64,000 nt of DNA, from assembly GCA_965217775.1 (NCBI GenBank), contig CBDCJH010000002.1, forward strand, positions 2,080,001 to 2,144,000, in the 5' to 3' direction. Within the stretch, counting starts at the first letter, position 1. Every line of letters starts with the position of its first letter. Both the position numbers and the translations under genes were made by a program. Source of the stretch: Acidobacteriota bacterium. GTDB taxonomy: Bacteria > Acidobacteriota > UBA6911 > RPQK01 > JAJDTT01. Of the stretch, positions 11,201-20,160 are shown piece after piece. Under the pieces are notes generated by a model, which made no database searches, was not told where the DNA came from, and was given only the letters and a program-made list of their open reading frames with translations.

Positions 11201-14200
11201 GGGATCGAATCCGATCCAGGACACCGCAGGCAACGACGCGGACCGGTTGAGCAACAGGAGCGTCACGAACCGGACAGCAGACACGATGGGACCGGCCGTG
11301 TCAACGGTTCGGATCACCTCGAGTGCAGGATCGGACCGGACCTACGGCGTGGACGAGACCATCGAGGTGACGGTGACGTTCGAGGAGACGGTGGTGATCA
11401 CCGGAACGCCGGAACTGACCCTGAACGTGGGCGGCGGGAACCGAACGGCGGAGTATCGAAGCATCTCGAACCGGGCCGTGAAATACGCCTACCGGGTGGT
11501 CACGGGCGACAACGACGAGGACGGGGTGAGCCTCGAGGCGAACAGCCTGTCGCCAGCCGGAGGGACGATCCGGGACGGCGCCGGCAATAACGCCATGCTG
11601 GACCATACGGCCGTGGAAGCCAGTTCGAGCCACAAGGTGGACGCGGTCGCCCCGGTGCTGGCACTGACCGATCCGGTGGTGGTCAACGGGGCGACGCTGA
11701 CGCTGACCTACAACGAACCGCTCAACACCTCTTCGCGGCCGGCGGACAGCGACTTCACCGTGGAGGGAGGCAACGAGACGCGCACCGTGACTCGGGTTCA
11801 GGTGACCGGGAGCACGGTTCGGCTGACGGTGAGTCCAGCGGCGGAGCACGGAGAGACGGGCATCCGCGTGACCTATGAACCCCGATCGAATCCGATCCAG
11901 GACCGGGTGGGCAACGATGCCGAGGGGTTCCGGGACCAGTTCGTAGACAACCGGACCCCGGACACGACGGCGCCGTCGATCGAAGGGATCGAGATCAGTT
12001 CCGATCCGGGAACCGACGAGACGTACGCGATTGGAGACATGATCTTGGTAACGGTGCGCTACGACGAGACGGTGACGGTGGACACGGTGCGGGGGACGCC
12101 GACGCTGGATCTTCTGGTGGGAAACCGGAGAAAGCGGGCCAGCGCCGGCACGGGTCCCGCACGGGCAGTCGTGGTGTTTGTCTACACGGTGGAGGAGGGG
12201 GACGAGGACGAGGATGGAATAAGCGTGCCCCGGGGGAGTATCGCGCTCAACGGAGGGAAGATCCTGGATCTGTCAAACAATGCGGCGGTGCGTAGCTATG
12301 AGGCAGTGGAAGCGCAATCGGACCACAAGGTGGATGGGGCGGAACCGGAGTTGGAGAGCGTGACGGTGCATGACTCGCGAGTGGCGCTGAACTACGACGA
12401 ACCGTTGGATGAGGGTTCGGTGCCGTTGAGTTCCGACTTCGCAGTGACGGTGGCCGGGGATGATCGAACGGTGGTCCAGGTTCGGGTGAGCGGAAACAGC
12501 GTCATCTTGAGGCTGACCTCAGAGGTGACGGCGGGCGAACCCGTGATGGTGAGCTATACGCCAGGGTTCAACCCGATCCAGGACGAGGTGGGCAATGGGG
12601 TCGAGACGTTGACCAATGAACCAGCCGAGCCGCCCCTGGTGACGATCCAGGCCAAGGAGGGATCCGAGACGGTGACGGAAGGGGACACCGTGGTGTTCAC
12701 CCTGACGCGGGGGCCGCCGACGGAGGCCGCGCTGACGGTGAGTCTGGAGGTCACGGAGACGAGATCGATGATCGAAACCTCGGGCGGGTACGAACCGCCG
12801 GAGGAGGTGGAGTTCCGGTCCGGACAGGAGACGGCGACGTTGGAGGTGTTGACCGACGATGACGACGTTGCCGAATCCACCAGCCGGGTCACCGCCCGGC
12901 TGCAGCCGGGAGACGAGTACCGGCTGGGCCCGACTTCGACCCAGAGCGCCCGGGTGACGGTCCAGGACAACGAAGTCTCGGCCCCGCCTCCGCCTCCTCC
13001 TCCACCGCCACCGCCCCCTCCGCCGCCGCCGCCGCCGCCACCACCGCCTCCTCCGCCGGCTGCGACTGTGCCCACGGCACCGTTGAACCTGCAGGCAGAA
13101 GCCGGGGACGGTGAAGTGACGCTCTCCTGGGAGGCCCCCGAGAGCGACGGCCGCTCCTCCCTCACCGGCTACCAGGTCCGGATCGACCGGGCCGGGGACT
13201 GGATCTCCATCGGTTCCACGGACCGGACCCATACGGTCACCGGACTGACCAACGGCCGGACCTACGTCTTCGAGGTGCGGGCCGTGAACTCGGTCGGTCA
13301 GGGTCCTGCCTCCAACGCGGTCGAGGCCACGCCCATGGCGGAGGAGGTGATCCTGGAGTTCGCCCATTTCGGAAACGGCTATTCGGACAACGACGTGCTC
13401 ATCACCTCCGACCTGGTGCTGGTGAACGTGGCCGAGTCAGAGATTCGTCCCGTCATCTATTTCTTCGACGGGGAGGGAGATCTGTTTGAAGCCGAGTCCG
13501 TGGTGGACCTCGGGGACGATCTGGAGATCCGGGAGGACGGAGGGCTGTCGCCCCGGACGGAGATCGCGTCGCTGGGTGAGCTGACGATCTCGACCCACGG
13601 CCGGGGCAAAGTCGTGACGGGATCGGTCCGGGTGATGTCGGACGGACCCATCGGCGGCGTGGTCCGCTTCGACATCCCCGGGATCGGCGTCGCCGGCGTC
13701 GGCGCCAGCGAACCCACGGCGGACGCCCTGTTCCCGGCCCGGCGGCAGGCCGGCGGGATCCGCACTGCGGCGGCCATCCACAACTTGGGGATGGAGGCTG
13801 TCGACGTCCAGTGCCGGTTGATGAAGGATGGCAGAGTGCTGGAAGAGGGGGAGATCGAACTCAGCGCCAACGGCCAGGATGCCCAGTTCCTCGAGGAGCT
13901 GTTCACCGCGACCGACACCACGGACTTCGTGGGGTCGGTGCGCTGTACGGTCCCGGCGGGTGAGTCGTTCACGGGAGTGGCGGTGGAACTGGATGCGGGC
14001 AACCGGATCTTCACCACGCTGCCGGTGGTGCCGATCGGCCCGGAGGCTGCCGAAGACCAGGAAACGACCCTGACCTTCGCGCATTTCGCGAATGGAACTT
14101 CCGGCGACGGGACCTTGATCACCTCGGACCTGGTGCTGGTGAACGTGGCGGCGTCAACGGTTCGTCCCGCCGTCTACTTTTACGATCAGCGTGGGGAACT

Positions 14201-14787
14201 GCTGGAGCCGGAATCGATGGTGGAGGTCGAAGACCATCTTCTCGTCCGAGAGGACGGAGGCTTGACCCTGCGAATGGCCCTGGCCCATCTGGGCGAGTTG
14301 ACGATCTCGACCCACGGCCGCGGAGACGTGGTGACCGGATCGGTGCGGGTGGTGGCGAACGGACCCGTCGGCGGCGTCCTGCGCTTCGACATCCCGGGCG
14401 TCGGCGTGGCCGGCGTGGGCGCGAGTCAACCCACGTCGGACGCGCTGTTTCCGGCCCGGAGGCAAACGAGCGGGATCCGCACGGCGGCGTCCATCCGGAA
14501 CCTGGAAGCGGAGCGGGCGACGGTTCGCTGCGGGTTGATGAGCGGGGGCGAGGAGTTGGAAGAAGTGGACATCCCTCTCAACGGCCATGGACAGTATGCT
14601 CGCTTCATCGAAGAGGTGTTCACCAGGACGGATACGGTCGGCTTCGTGGGATCGGTACGATGCACGGCTCTTGGGGAAGGGACGTTCACCGGAGTGGCGG
14701 TGGAACTGGACACCGGCAACCGGATCTTCACCACCCTACCGGTCGTGCCCATCCAAACCACAGTCTCTCAGCAGTAATTCCAACAGG
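2..14787 (+). repeat. Large tandem paralogous duplication: 2-5252 versus ~9546-14787
   Basis: Collinear, highly similar DNA at an offset of ~9535-9544. Similarity ends after cagcagTAAttccaacagg in both copies. Confidence 0.9.
5808..14777 (+). CDS. Giant secreted protein: PEP-utilising phospho-His domain and PPDK/PEP-synthase-type ATP-grasp domain fused to SwmB-like/Ig-like repeats, poly-Pro, FN3 and a doubled C-terminal domain
   Basis: 2989-aa ORF, start uncertain (TTG at 5808 or 5994). Signal-like LAAGLLAALALTAPAIAQ. Motifs GIISTVPQTPLSHVNLRA, GVKAAN, VPDGF, RSSTNNED..GFNGAGLY, IKQARP. 25 Pro at 12984-13058. Confidence 0.85.
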   Translation: MTLAERWQRFWRTESRDRASSRPDSHPSFVAPAWSRQSETPRPQNRSCSSDPRSRGRLTHSALTFSHRLAAGLLAALALTAPAIAQDGADPTCPGGGYNPTPTEVAVTAVPIVVESTTEEYFVLYVKHDVDGTEVEIPVAVTLGEADTTTLAENVEALPAERYRVEKYLVADPADVDGDCIDDLTELADPVGLNPVNPAAAIPRTDGVVAIPDLATFEAISVSGDHLKFVLLGMNTDSPRLYFMNTRTTMLHEEFLNAVGIESGQEGIIDGSLTHRGNLVAPDGSPGVYCFWWYHREQPYSFSVVARAHTLLAASMPLLEDDLAFFISNAALPHSQPFLPLFRESRIHLVFDDEFYGEASVLLLNPGEGYGRLRVMDPDERPHPRDIVIYEALPNELPRVAGIISTVPQTPLSHVNLRAVQNGIPNAFIRDALDRDRIVALLGSYVRYEVTESRWYLRAASPEEVDAHYESSRPAQAQTPERDLSVTGITPLSEIGFEDWRAFGVKAANVAVLGTLGFPDGTVPDGFAVPFYFYDEFMKANGLYDEIEEMLADPAFQTDFDEQEDDLKDLRKDIKDAETPQWITDALTAMHATYPEGQSLRYRSSTNNEDLPGFNGAGLYDSKTQKPDETEKDGIDKSLKQVYASLWNFRAFSEREFHRIDHLTAAMGVLVHPNYTDELANGVAVSFDLLYGRLGSYYVNTQVGEDLVTNPEAHSVPEEILLDEFGGYSVLGISNQVPPGQLLMSEDQLDQLRRHLEVIHDHFETLYNPAPEEPFAMEIEFKITSANILAIKQARPWVFYTDMDETAPKFSSALVNGATLTLVYSEPLDSSSVPGNDAFTVTGGNRTRRVTRVRVSGRSVELTLDPAVEDGETNLRVSYAVPTGTGATPIQDAAGNDAAGLSAEPVTNETADTTPPAVSQLEITSDAGSDATYAIGDDIELTVTFSEDVLVTGRPQLTLRVGDQDRTADYESVTDAEVLFRYRVVTGDIDTNGVSIAADSLSLNGGTIEDGSNNEADLDHRALRNQSRHKVEGIKPELAATRGAVVNGALLTLTYTETLDSASTPPSSAFFVSGGSSSRTVSGVALSGSTVKLTLSSAVAHWETGIRVSYTVPAGMAAAPIQDRVGNNADGLSSEPVTNETPDRIPPTVTSVEITSDPPDGRDVYGRGEEIEVTVTFSETVIVSGTPRVTLKVGERNRSANYESVAGAVVAFAYTVAVNDSDTDGVSIEAGSLSGGTIRDTSRNNAVRTHSSVAADTGQKVDGIKPVLASTDGAVANGTMLTLAYSEPLDSSSVPGNDAFSVTGGSETRTVTGVRVSGSAVELTLTPAVEHGETSLRVSYTIPTGTGATPIQDTAGNDADRLSNRSVTNQTGDTTGPTVETVRITSNAGSDRTYAVEDPVEATVTFNETVVVTGTPRLTLNVGGQNRTAEYLSVTGAAVKFEYRVARGDNDRDGVSIDADSLSRGGGTIRDGARNDATLTHAGVAADSRHQVDGVAPVLATTDGAVANGTMLTLAYSEPLRSSSRPAASAFTVGGGSETRTVTRVQVSGSAVLLRLNPAVQDTESGLRLSYQPGGNPIEDVVGNAADELNNRPVTNRTGDTTGPTVETVRITSNAGSDQTYAAGETIEVTVTFSETVVVTGTPRLTLNVGGRSRRANYRDVTGAAVRFEYQVVSGDSAAYGVSIAANRLSGGTIRDGARNNAVLNHAPVAAESRHQVDGIKPVLATTDGAVVNGTTLTLAYGEPLDTSSVAATDDFTVTGGSETRTVTGVRVNGSAVFLTLSPAVTDGESRLRVNYEPGSNPIQDTAGNDADRLSNRSVTNRTADTMGPAVSTVRITSSAGSDRTYGVDETIEVTVTFEETVVITGTPELTLNVGGGNRTAEYRSISNRAVKYAYRVVTGDNDEDGVSLEANSLSPAGGTIRDGAGNNAMLDHTAVEASSSHKVDAVAPVLALTDPVVVNGATLTLTYNEPLNTSSRPADSDFTVEGGNETRTVTRVQVTGSTVRLTVSPAAEHGETGIRVTYEPRSNPIQDRVGNDAEGFRDQFVDNRTPDTTAPSIEGIEISSDPGTDETYAIGDMILVTVRYDETVTVDTVRGTPTLDLLVGNRRKRASAGTGPARAVVVFVYTVEEGDEDEDGISVPRGSIALNGGKILDLSNNAAVRSYEAVEAQSDHKVDGAEPELESVTVHDSRVALNYDEPLDEGSVPLSSDFAVTVAGDDRTVVQVRVSGNSVILRLTSEVTAGEPVMVSYTPGFNPIQDEVGNGVETLTNEPAEPPLVTIQAKEGSETVTEGDTVVFTLTRGPPTEAALTVSLEVTETRSMIETSGGYEPPEEVEFRSGQETATLEVLTDDDDVAESTSRVTARLQPGDEYRLGPTSTQSARVTVQDNEVSAPPPPPPPPPPPPPPPPPPPPPPPPPAATVPTAPLNLQAEAGDGEVTLSWEAPESDGRSSLTGYQVRIDRAGDWISIGSTDRTHTVTGLTNGRTYVFEVRAVNSVGQGPASNAVEATPMAEEVILEFAHFGNGYSDNDVLITSDLVLVNVAESEIRPVIYFFDGEGDLFEAESVVDLGDDLEIREDGGLSPRTEIASLGELTISTHGRGKVVTGSVRVMSDGPIGGVVRFDIPGIGVAGVGASEPTADALFPARRQAGGIRTAAAIHNLGMEAVDVQCRLMKDGRVLEEGEIELSANGQDAQFLEELFTATDTTDFVGSVRCTVPAGESFTGVAVELDAGNRIFTTLPVVPIGPEAAEDQETTLTFAHFANGTSGDGTLITSDLVLVNVAASTVRPAVYFYDQRGELLEPESMVEVEDHLLVREDGGLTLRMALAHLGELTISTHGRGDVVTGSVRVVANGPVGGVLRFDIPGVGVAGVGASQPTSDALFPARRQTSGIRTAASIRNLEAERATVRCGLMSGGEELEEVDIPLNGHGQYARFIEEVFTRTDTVGFVGSVRCTALGEGTFTGVAVELDTGNRIFTTLPVVPIQTTVSQQ

Positions 14788-15122
14788 ACCCGCTCCGAGA
14801 TTCCCACGGCCGACTCAGGGTACGATAAGAACATGGTAGAGGTCGGCGCGTACGTCGGCCAGATCGGCTTTGGACCTCCTCGATCCGATCTTCGTCTGAA
14901 CCTGCTTCCCCTGTTCTCCTGACCGTGGCCACGGAGGAATATCAGGAGGCCTTGCACAGGTTCCTGAGTGAGTATGAAGCCGTCGAATCTGAAAAGAAGC
15001 GCTTGACCGATCAGCAGAAAGCGCTCGAAGAGGCAGAAACTGAACTGTCATTCCGTATTTGCGTCATTGGAATCCACGGGAGAAATCGCGGATTCGGGTG
15101 CCGAATGAGGAGGATCTCGCCG

Positions 15123-16316
15123 ATGCCGCGCAAGCTCAACTGGGGACTGGTGGGAGGCGGCGAGGGAAGCCAGATCGGAGGCGCCCACCGCATCGGCGCC
15201 AGGCTGGACGGACACTTCGAGCTGGTCGCCGGCGCCCTCGACATCGACCCGGTCCGGGCCCGCGAGTTCGCGATCCGGATGGGCATCGCCGAGGAACGGG
15301 CCTACGGGGACTGGAGCCGGATGCTTGAGTGCGAAAAGAGCCTGGGGCCAGACTCCCGGCTCGACCTGGTGACGGTCGCCACACCGAACTCCACCCACCA
15401 TGCGATCTCCAAGTCGTTTCTGGAGGCAGGCTTCCACGTGCTCTGCGAGAAGCCGCTGACGACGACTCTGGCGGACGGCGAGGACCTGGTCCGGACCGCC
15501 CGCGAGGCGGACCGGATCCTGGCGGTGAACTACGGTTACAGCGGCTACCCCATGGTGCGCCAGGCGCGGGCCATGGTTCGCGACGGCGAGCTGGGGCGGA
15601 TCCGGGTCGTGGTGGCGGAATTCTCGCACGGTTCGCACGCGGATGCCGCCGACGCGGACAACCCCAGGGTCGGTTGGCGCTACGATCCGGAGCAGACCGG
15701 CGTGAGCTCGGTGCTCGCCGATGCCGGCCTGCACGCGCTCCACCTGGCCTGCTTCGTCATCGGGAGCGACGTGACTCGCGTCTCCGCAGATTTCGTCTCC
15801 ACCATCAAGAGCCGGGAACTCGAGGACGACGCCCTGTTGGCGCTGCGATTCTCTGGCGGCGCGGTGGGCCGGCTCTGGACCAGCGCGGTGGCGGTCGGGC
15901 AGCAGCACGGCTTGACCCTGCGAGTCTTCGGAGAGCGCGGCGGGCTGCGCTGGGCTCAGGAGCATCCAAACCAGCTCTATTGGACCCCTTTGGGGCAACC
16001 GGTCCGGACGCTGGAACGAGGGGATGCCAGCCTCTCCGAAGAAGCAAACCTGGCTTCCCGGGTCACTGTGGGCCACGCCGAGGGACTGCCGAGCGCATTC
16101 GCCAACATCTACTCGAATCTCGCGGAGGCGATCCGCGCCCGGGAGGAAAGACGGGACCCAAATCCGCACGCGACCTGGTATCCGACCGGGGAGGAGGGCG
16201 TCCGGACGCTGGCCGTGGTCCACGCCGCCGCCCGGTCCGCGCGGAACGGAGGGGCTTGGGTCGAGGTCCGAATCCCACGTCAGCTTCTCTCAAAAAAACG
16301 TAGGGACACCCTGTAG
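15123..16316 (+). CDS. Gfo/Idh/MocA family oxidoreductase
   Basis: WGLVGGGEGSQIG, VATPNSTH, HVLCEKP motifs. ATG at 15123 preferred over the upstream GTG. Confidence 0.85.
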   Translation: MPRKLNWGLVGGGEGSQIGGAHRIGARLDGHFELVAGALDIDPVRAREFAIRMGIAEERAYGDWSRMLECEKSLGPDSRLDLVTVATPNSTHHAISKSFLEAGFHVLCEKPLTTTLADGEDLVRTAREADRILAVNYGYSGYPMVRQARAMVRDGELGRIRVVVAEFSHGSHADAADADNPRVGWRYDPEQTGVSSVLADAGLHALHLACFVIGSDVTRVSADFVSTIKSRELEDDALLALRFSGGAVGRLWTSAVAVGQQHGLTLRVFGERGGLRWAQEHPNQLYWTPLGQPVRTLERGDASLSEEANLASRVTVGHAEGLPSAFANIYSNLAEAIRAREERRDPNPHATWYPTGEEGVRTLAVVHAAARSARNGGAWVEVRIPRQLLSKKRRDTL

Positions 16317-16466
16317 GGGTGACTTCCAGTCGCCTATTCCTCCGCTCCCCCGTGTGCTCCTTCCCCATGCTCTCCTGTCCACTTAAGGCCTTGGGAGTTC
16401 GGCGGTTGGAAACCGCCGCTCCAATCTTGTAGAGTGCCCCGCACGCACCCGAACGGAATTCAGCCG

Positions 16467-17483
16467 ATGCTCCACCGGATCCTCCTCGTCATTCTCTGCC
16501 TGCTGCCGATGGCCGCCTGCACCAGGTCCGGGCCCGGCGCTCAGAAGCCCAGGCTCGCGTACGTGACCAACGGGGTCGCCTCCTTCTGGACCATCGCCGA
16601 AGCCGGTGCGCTCAAGGCGGGCCGGGACCTGAACGTGGACGTGGACGTGCGGATGCCGGTGGAAGGCGTGCTGGACCAGAAACGGATCGTGGAAGATCTG
16701 CTGGCCCGGGGTATCGACGGCATGGCCATCAGCCCCATCGACCCGGACAACCAGGAGGACCTGGTCAACGAAGCCTGCGACCGCACCACCGTTATCACCC
16801 ACGACTCGGACGCGCCCCGAACCCGGCGGCTCTGCTATGTGGGGATGGACAACTACAGGGCGGGCCGCCTGGTGGGCAAGCTGGTCAAAGAAGCCATGCC
16901 CGAGGGAGGCTCGGTGATGCTCTTCGTCGGCCGGCTGGAGCAGCTCAACGCCTCCCAGAGAAGGCAGGGGGTGATCGACGAGGTGCTGGACCGTCCGGGA
17001 GAGACCATGGGTGCCGTCGATCCCCCGAATGCGGCTCTGAAGGGTGAGCGCTACACCATTCTGGACACCCGCACCGACCAGTTCGACCAGGCCAAGGCCA
17101 AGGCCAATTGCGAGGACGCCATTGCCCGCTATCCCGATCTGGGCTGCATGGTCGGACTCTTCGCCTACAACCCGCCCGCCTGCCTGGTGGCTCTGGAGCA
17201 GGCCGGGGTGGACGGGATCCACCTGGTGGGGTTCGACGAAGCCGACGCGACCTTGCAGGGCATCCTGGACGGCCGGATCCACGGCACCGTGGTCCAGCAG
17301 CCGTACCAGTACGGCTACGAATCGGTGCGGATCCTGGCGGGCTTGGCCCAAGGAGACCGCAGCGTCCTTCCCGAGAATGGATTCCTGAATATCCCGGCCC
17401 AGACGATCCGTGCGGACAACGTCCGGGAATTCTGGGACGATCTGAACCGCAAGATGGCGGAGGCAAAGGGCGCTACGCCCTGA
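16467..17483 (+). CDS. Sugar ABC transporter substrate-binding lipoprotein (RbsB-like)
   Basis: Lipoprotein-like LLPMAAC; GIDGMAISP, YVGMDNY.AG, VGFDE, QQPY motifs. Confidence 0.85.
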   Translation: MLHRILLVILCLLPMAACTRSGPGAQKPRLAYVTNGVASFWTIAEAGALKAGRDLNVDVDVRMPVEGVLDQKRIVEDLLARGIDGMAISPIDPDNQEDLVNEACDRTTVITHDSDAPRTRRLCYVGMDNYRAGRLVGKLVKEAMPEGGSVMLFVGRLEQLNASQRRQGVIDEVLDRPGETMGAVDPPNAALKGERYTILDTRTDQFDQAKAKANCEDAIARYPDLGCMVGLFAYNPPACLVALEQAGVDGIHLVGFDEADATLQGILDGRIHGTVVQQPYQYGYESVRILAGLAQGDRSVLPENGFLNIPAQTIRADNVREFWDDLNRKMAEAKGATP

Positions 17484-17520
17484 TTCCGGCGCAATTCCCT
17501 GCCCCGTAGCGACACACTCC

Positions 17521-19023
17521 ATGGCGACACCGGTCCTTGAAGCCCGGAAGATCAGCAAACGATTTCCAGGGGCCCTGGCTCTGGACCGGGCGGATCTCCA
17601 GGTCCACGGCGGCGAAGTCCTGGCCCTGGTGGGCGAAAACGGCGCCGGCAAGAGCACCTTGGTCAAGATCCTGGCGGGCGAGGAATTCCCGGACTCGGGA
17701 CAGATCCTCATGGATGGATCTTCCGTCCAAATGGCGTCGGTCCAGACCGCCACCGGGCTGGGTGTGAACCTCATCCACCAGGAACTGAACCTCTCGGACA
17801 ACCTGGACGTAACGGCCAACATTTTCCTGGGACGGGAGCCCCATCGTTTCGGATTCCTCAACCATCGCCGGCTGGAGCAGGCGGCCCAGCCGCTTCTGGA
17901 ACGGATCGGGCTCGACTGCCCTCCCTCCACCAAGGTTGCCCGGCTCTCCATGGGCCAGCGGCAGTTGGTGGAGATCGCCCGGGCGCTGGCGGCCCGGTCC
18001 CGGGTCCTGATCATGGACGAGCCCACGTCGAGCCTCTCCCAGGGCGAGACCCGGAACCTGTTTCGGACCGTTCGGGAACTTCGAGCCGAAGGGGCGGCGG
18101 TGATCTACATCTCTCACCGGCTGGGCGAGGTCAAGGAGTTGGCCGACCGGGTCCTGGTGCTGCGCGACGGCTCCAACGCCGGCGAGTTGGCCCAAGATGA
18201 GATCGATCACGACCGCATGGTGCGGCTCATGGTGGGCCGGGACATCTCCAGCTATTACGGTCAGGTTCCCGACCAGCAGGGCCCGGTCCGCCTGGAGGTC
18301 CGGGACCTGCGGACTCGGGACCATCCGGGGCACCGTCTCGAACTTGAGGTGGGAGCCGGGGAGATCGTCGGCTTGGCCGGGATGCTGGGATCGGGCCGCA
18401 GCGCGCTGCTGGGCGCCCTTTTCGGCACTGACCCGGCCTTGGGCGGCAGCGTTCGGATCGACGGTGCCCCGGCCCGGATTTCCAACCCCATCGAAGGGAT
18501 CCGGAAAGGCATCGCCCTGGTCCCCGAGGATCGGAAACAACAGGGTCTGATCCTCCGAATGGGTGTGGAGGAGAACATCTCGCTGGCCTCCCTGAGACAC
18601 CATCGGCTCCGGGGCGGCTTCATCAACCGCCGTCTTCACCGGCGCCAGACGGCCCATATGATCACCAGACTCGGCATCCGAACGCCCGGCGCCGAAACCA
18701 CCACCGAGCACCTCTCGGGCGGAAACCAGCAGAAGGTGGTTCTGGCCAAGTGGCTTTCCCTGAAACCGAAGGTCCTGCTCCTGGACGAGCCCACACGCGG
18801 CATCGACGTCGGCTCCAAACAGGAGATCTATCACCTGATCGAAGCGCTCTCCGAGGAAGGGACCGCCATCCTCTTCGCCAGCAGCGAGATGGAGGAGATC
18901 CTGAGACTCTCGCGGCGGGTCCTGGTGATGCACGAAGGGCGGATCAGCGGGGAGCTGTCCCAGGCAGACCTCCAGGAAGAAACGGTGGCCCGCCTGGCCA
19001 CCTCCCCGGAGGCAGCCGCATGA
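17521..19023 (+). CDS. Sugar ABC transporter ATP-binding protein (RbsA/MglA-like, tandem NBDs)
   Basis: GENGAGKSTL, LIMDEPT, LSGGNQQKV, LLLDEPTRGIDVG. Confidence 0.92.
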   Translation: MATPVLEARKISKRFPGALALDRADLQVHGGEVLALVGENGAGKSTLVKILAGEEFPDSGQILMDGSSVQMASVQTATGLGVNLIHQELNLSDNLDVTANIFLGREPHRFGFLNHRRLEQAAQPLLERIGLDCPPSTKVARLSMGQRQLVEIARALAARSRVLIMDEPTSSLSQGETRNLFRTVRELRAEGAAVIYISHRLGEVKELADRVLVLRDGSNAGELAQDEIDHDRMVRLMVGRDISSYYGQVPDQQGPVRLEVRDLRTRDHPGHRLELEVGAGEIVGLAGMLGSGRSALLGALFGTDPALGGSVRIDGAPARISNPIEGIRKGIALVPEDRKQQGLILRMGVEENISLASLRHHRLRGGFINRRLHRRQTAHMITRLGIRTPGAETTTEHLSGGNQQKVVLAKWLSLKPKVLLLDEPTRGIDVGSKQEIYHLIEALSEEGTAILFASSEMEEILRLSRRVLVMHEGRISGELSQADLQEETVARLATSPEAAA

Positions 19024-20156
19024 ACAAGTCGCGGGGCATTCTGCTCCTGTTGCTGGCGGTCTCCGCCTTCAGCGCGCTGATGAATCCGGACTTCCTGACG
19101 CCTTACAACCTGCAGAACATCATCCGTTGGACATCGCTGTTCGGGATTCTGAGCATCGGTGTGGCCTTCGTCATCATCACGGGGGGAATCGACCTCTCCA
19201 TCGGCTCCCTGGTGGGCCTGGTGGGGTGTCTGCTTCCATTGCTCCTGATCGACCAGGGCATGGGAGCCGCCGGGGCCCTGGGGACGGTCCTCGCCGTCAG
19301 CGTTTTGGTTGGACTCGCTCACGGACTCCTGGTCACCCGGCTGCGGCTCCAACCCTTCGTGGTCACCCTCTGCGGCCTGCTCCTGTACCGCGGGTACGCG
19401 CGTTATCTGACGGCAGACCAGACTCAGGGTTTCGGGACCGGATTCCAGGAACTCAAGCAGTTGGCCACCGGCAAACCCGTCACGCTGGCGGTTCTGGCCG
19501 CCGTGGCCGGAGCGGCCATTCTGATCTGGACTTTGGTCCGAAGAATCCGGAGACGGACCGACGCGGATCCCCCGGCGGCGAAGACCCGCAGGCTAGGTGC
19601 GGCGGCGGGCGCCCTGCTGGTTCTGGCCAGCGCCGCGGTCCGGTTCGGCGACATCCAACCAATCTCCCGAATCCTGATCCCGGCCCCCTTCCTGATCATG
19701 ATCGTCCTGGCGTTGCTGGCGGGGCTCTTCCTGAACCACACCATCTACGGCCGCTACCTGCTGGCCCTGGGCCGGAACCGGGAGGCCGCCCGCTATAGCG
19801 GGATCGACACCGACCGCATGGTGATCCTGGCCTACGTCATCTGCTCCCTCATGGCCGGCATCGGAGGCATCCTCTTCGCCCTCGACATCAATTCCATACA
19901 ACCGTCGGGACACGGCAACTTCTACGAGCTCTACGCCATCGCGGCGGCGGTGCTGGGGGGATGCAGCCTGCGGGGAGGCGAGGGCTCGATCCTGGGCGTG
20001 GTGCTGGGAGCCGCGGTCATGCGGGTGCTCTACAACGCCATCAATCTCCTGGGGATCCCCACCCAACTGGAGTTCGCCATCATCGGGGGAGTCATCCTGG
20101 CCGGCGTGGCGGGAGACGAGCTGGTCCGCAAGGTCGTGGCGCGGCGCCAGTCGTGA
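19020..20156 (+). CDS. Sugar ABC transporter permease (RbsC-like)
   Basis: IITGGIDLSIGS, G.N.EAARYSGI, YELYAIAAAVLGG.SL.GG.G; ATGA overlap with the ATPase gene. Confidence 0.9.
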   Translation: MNKSRGILLLLLAVSAFSALMNPDFLTPYNLQNIIRWTSLFGILSIGVAFVIITGGIDLSIGSLVGLVGCLLPLLLIDQGMGAAGALGTVLAVSVLVGLAHGLLVTRLRLQPFVVTLCGLLLYRGYARYLTADQTQGFGTGFQELKQLATGKPVTLAVLAAVAGAAILIWTLVRRIRRRTDADPPAAKTRRLGAAAGALLVLASAAVRFGDIQPISRILIPAPFLIMIVLALLAGLFLNHTIYGRYLLALGRNREAARYSGIDTDRMVILAYVICSLMAGIGGILFALDINSIQPSGHGNFYELYAIAAAVLGGCSLRGGEGSILGVVLGAAVMRVLYNAINLLGIPTQLEFAIIGGVILAGVAGDELVRKVVARRQS

Positions 20157-20160
20157 CGGA

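Noticed and set aside
725-14761. Long antisense ORFs, including the poly-Gly ORFs at 3010-3630 and 12554-13165
   Set aside because: These are shadow frames of high-GC coding sequence and of the poly-Pro tracts.
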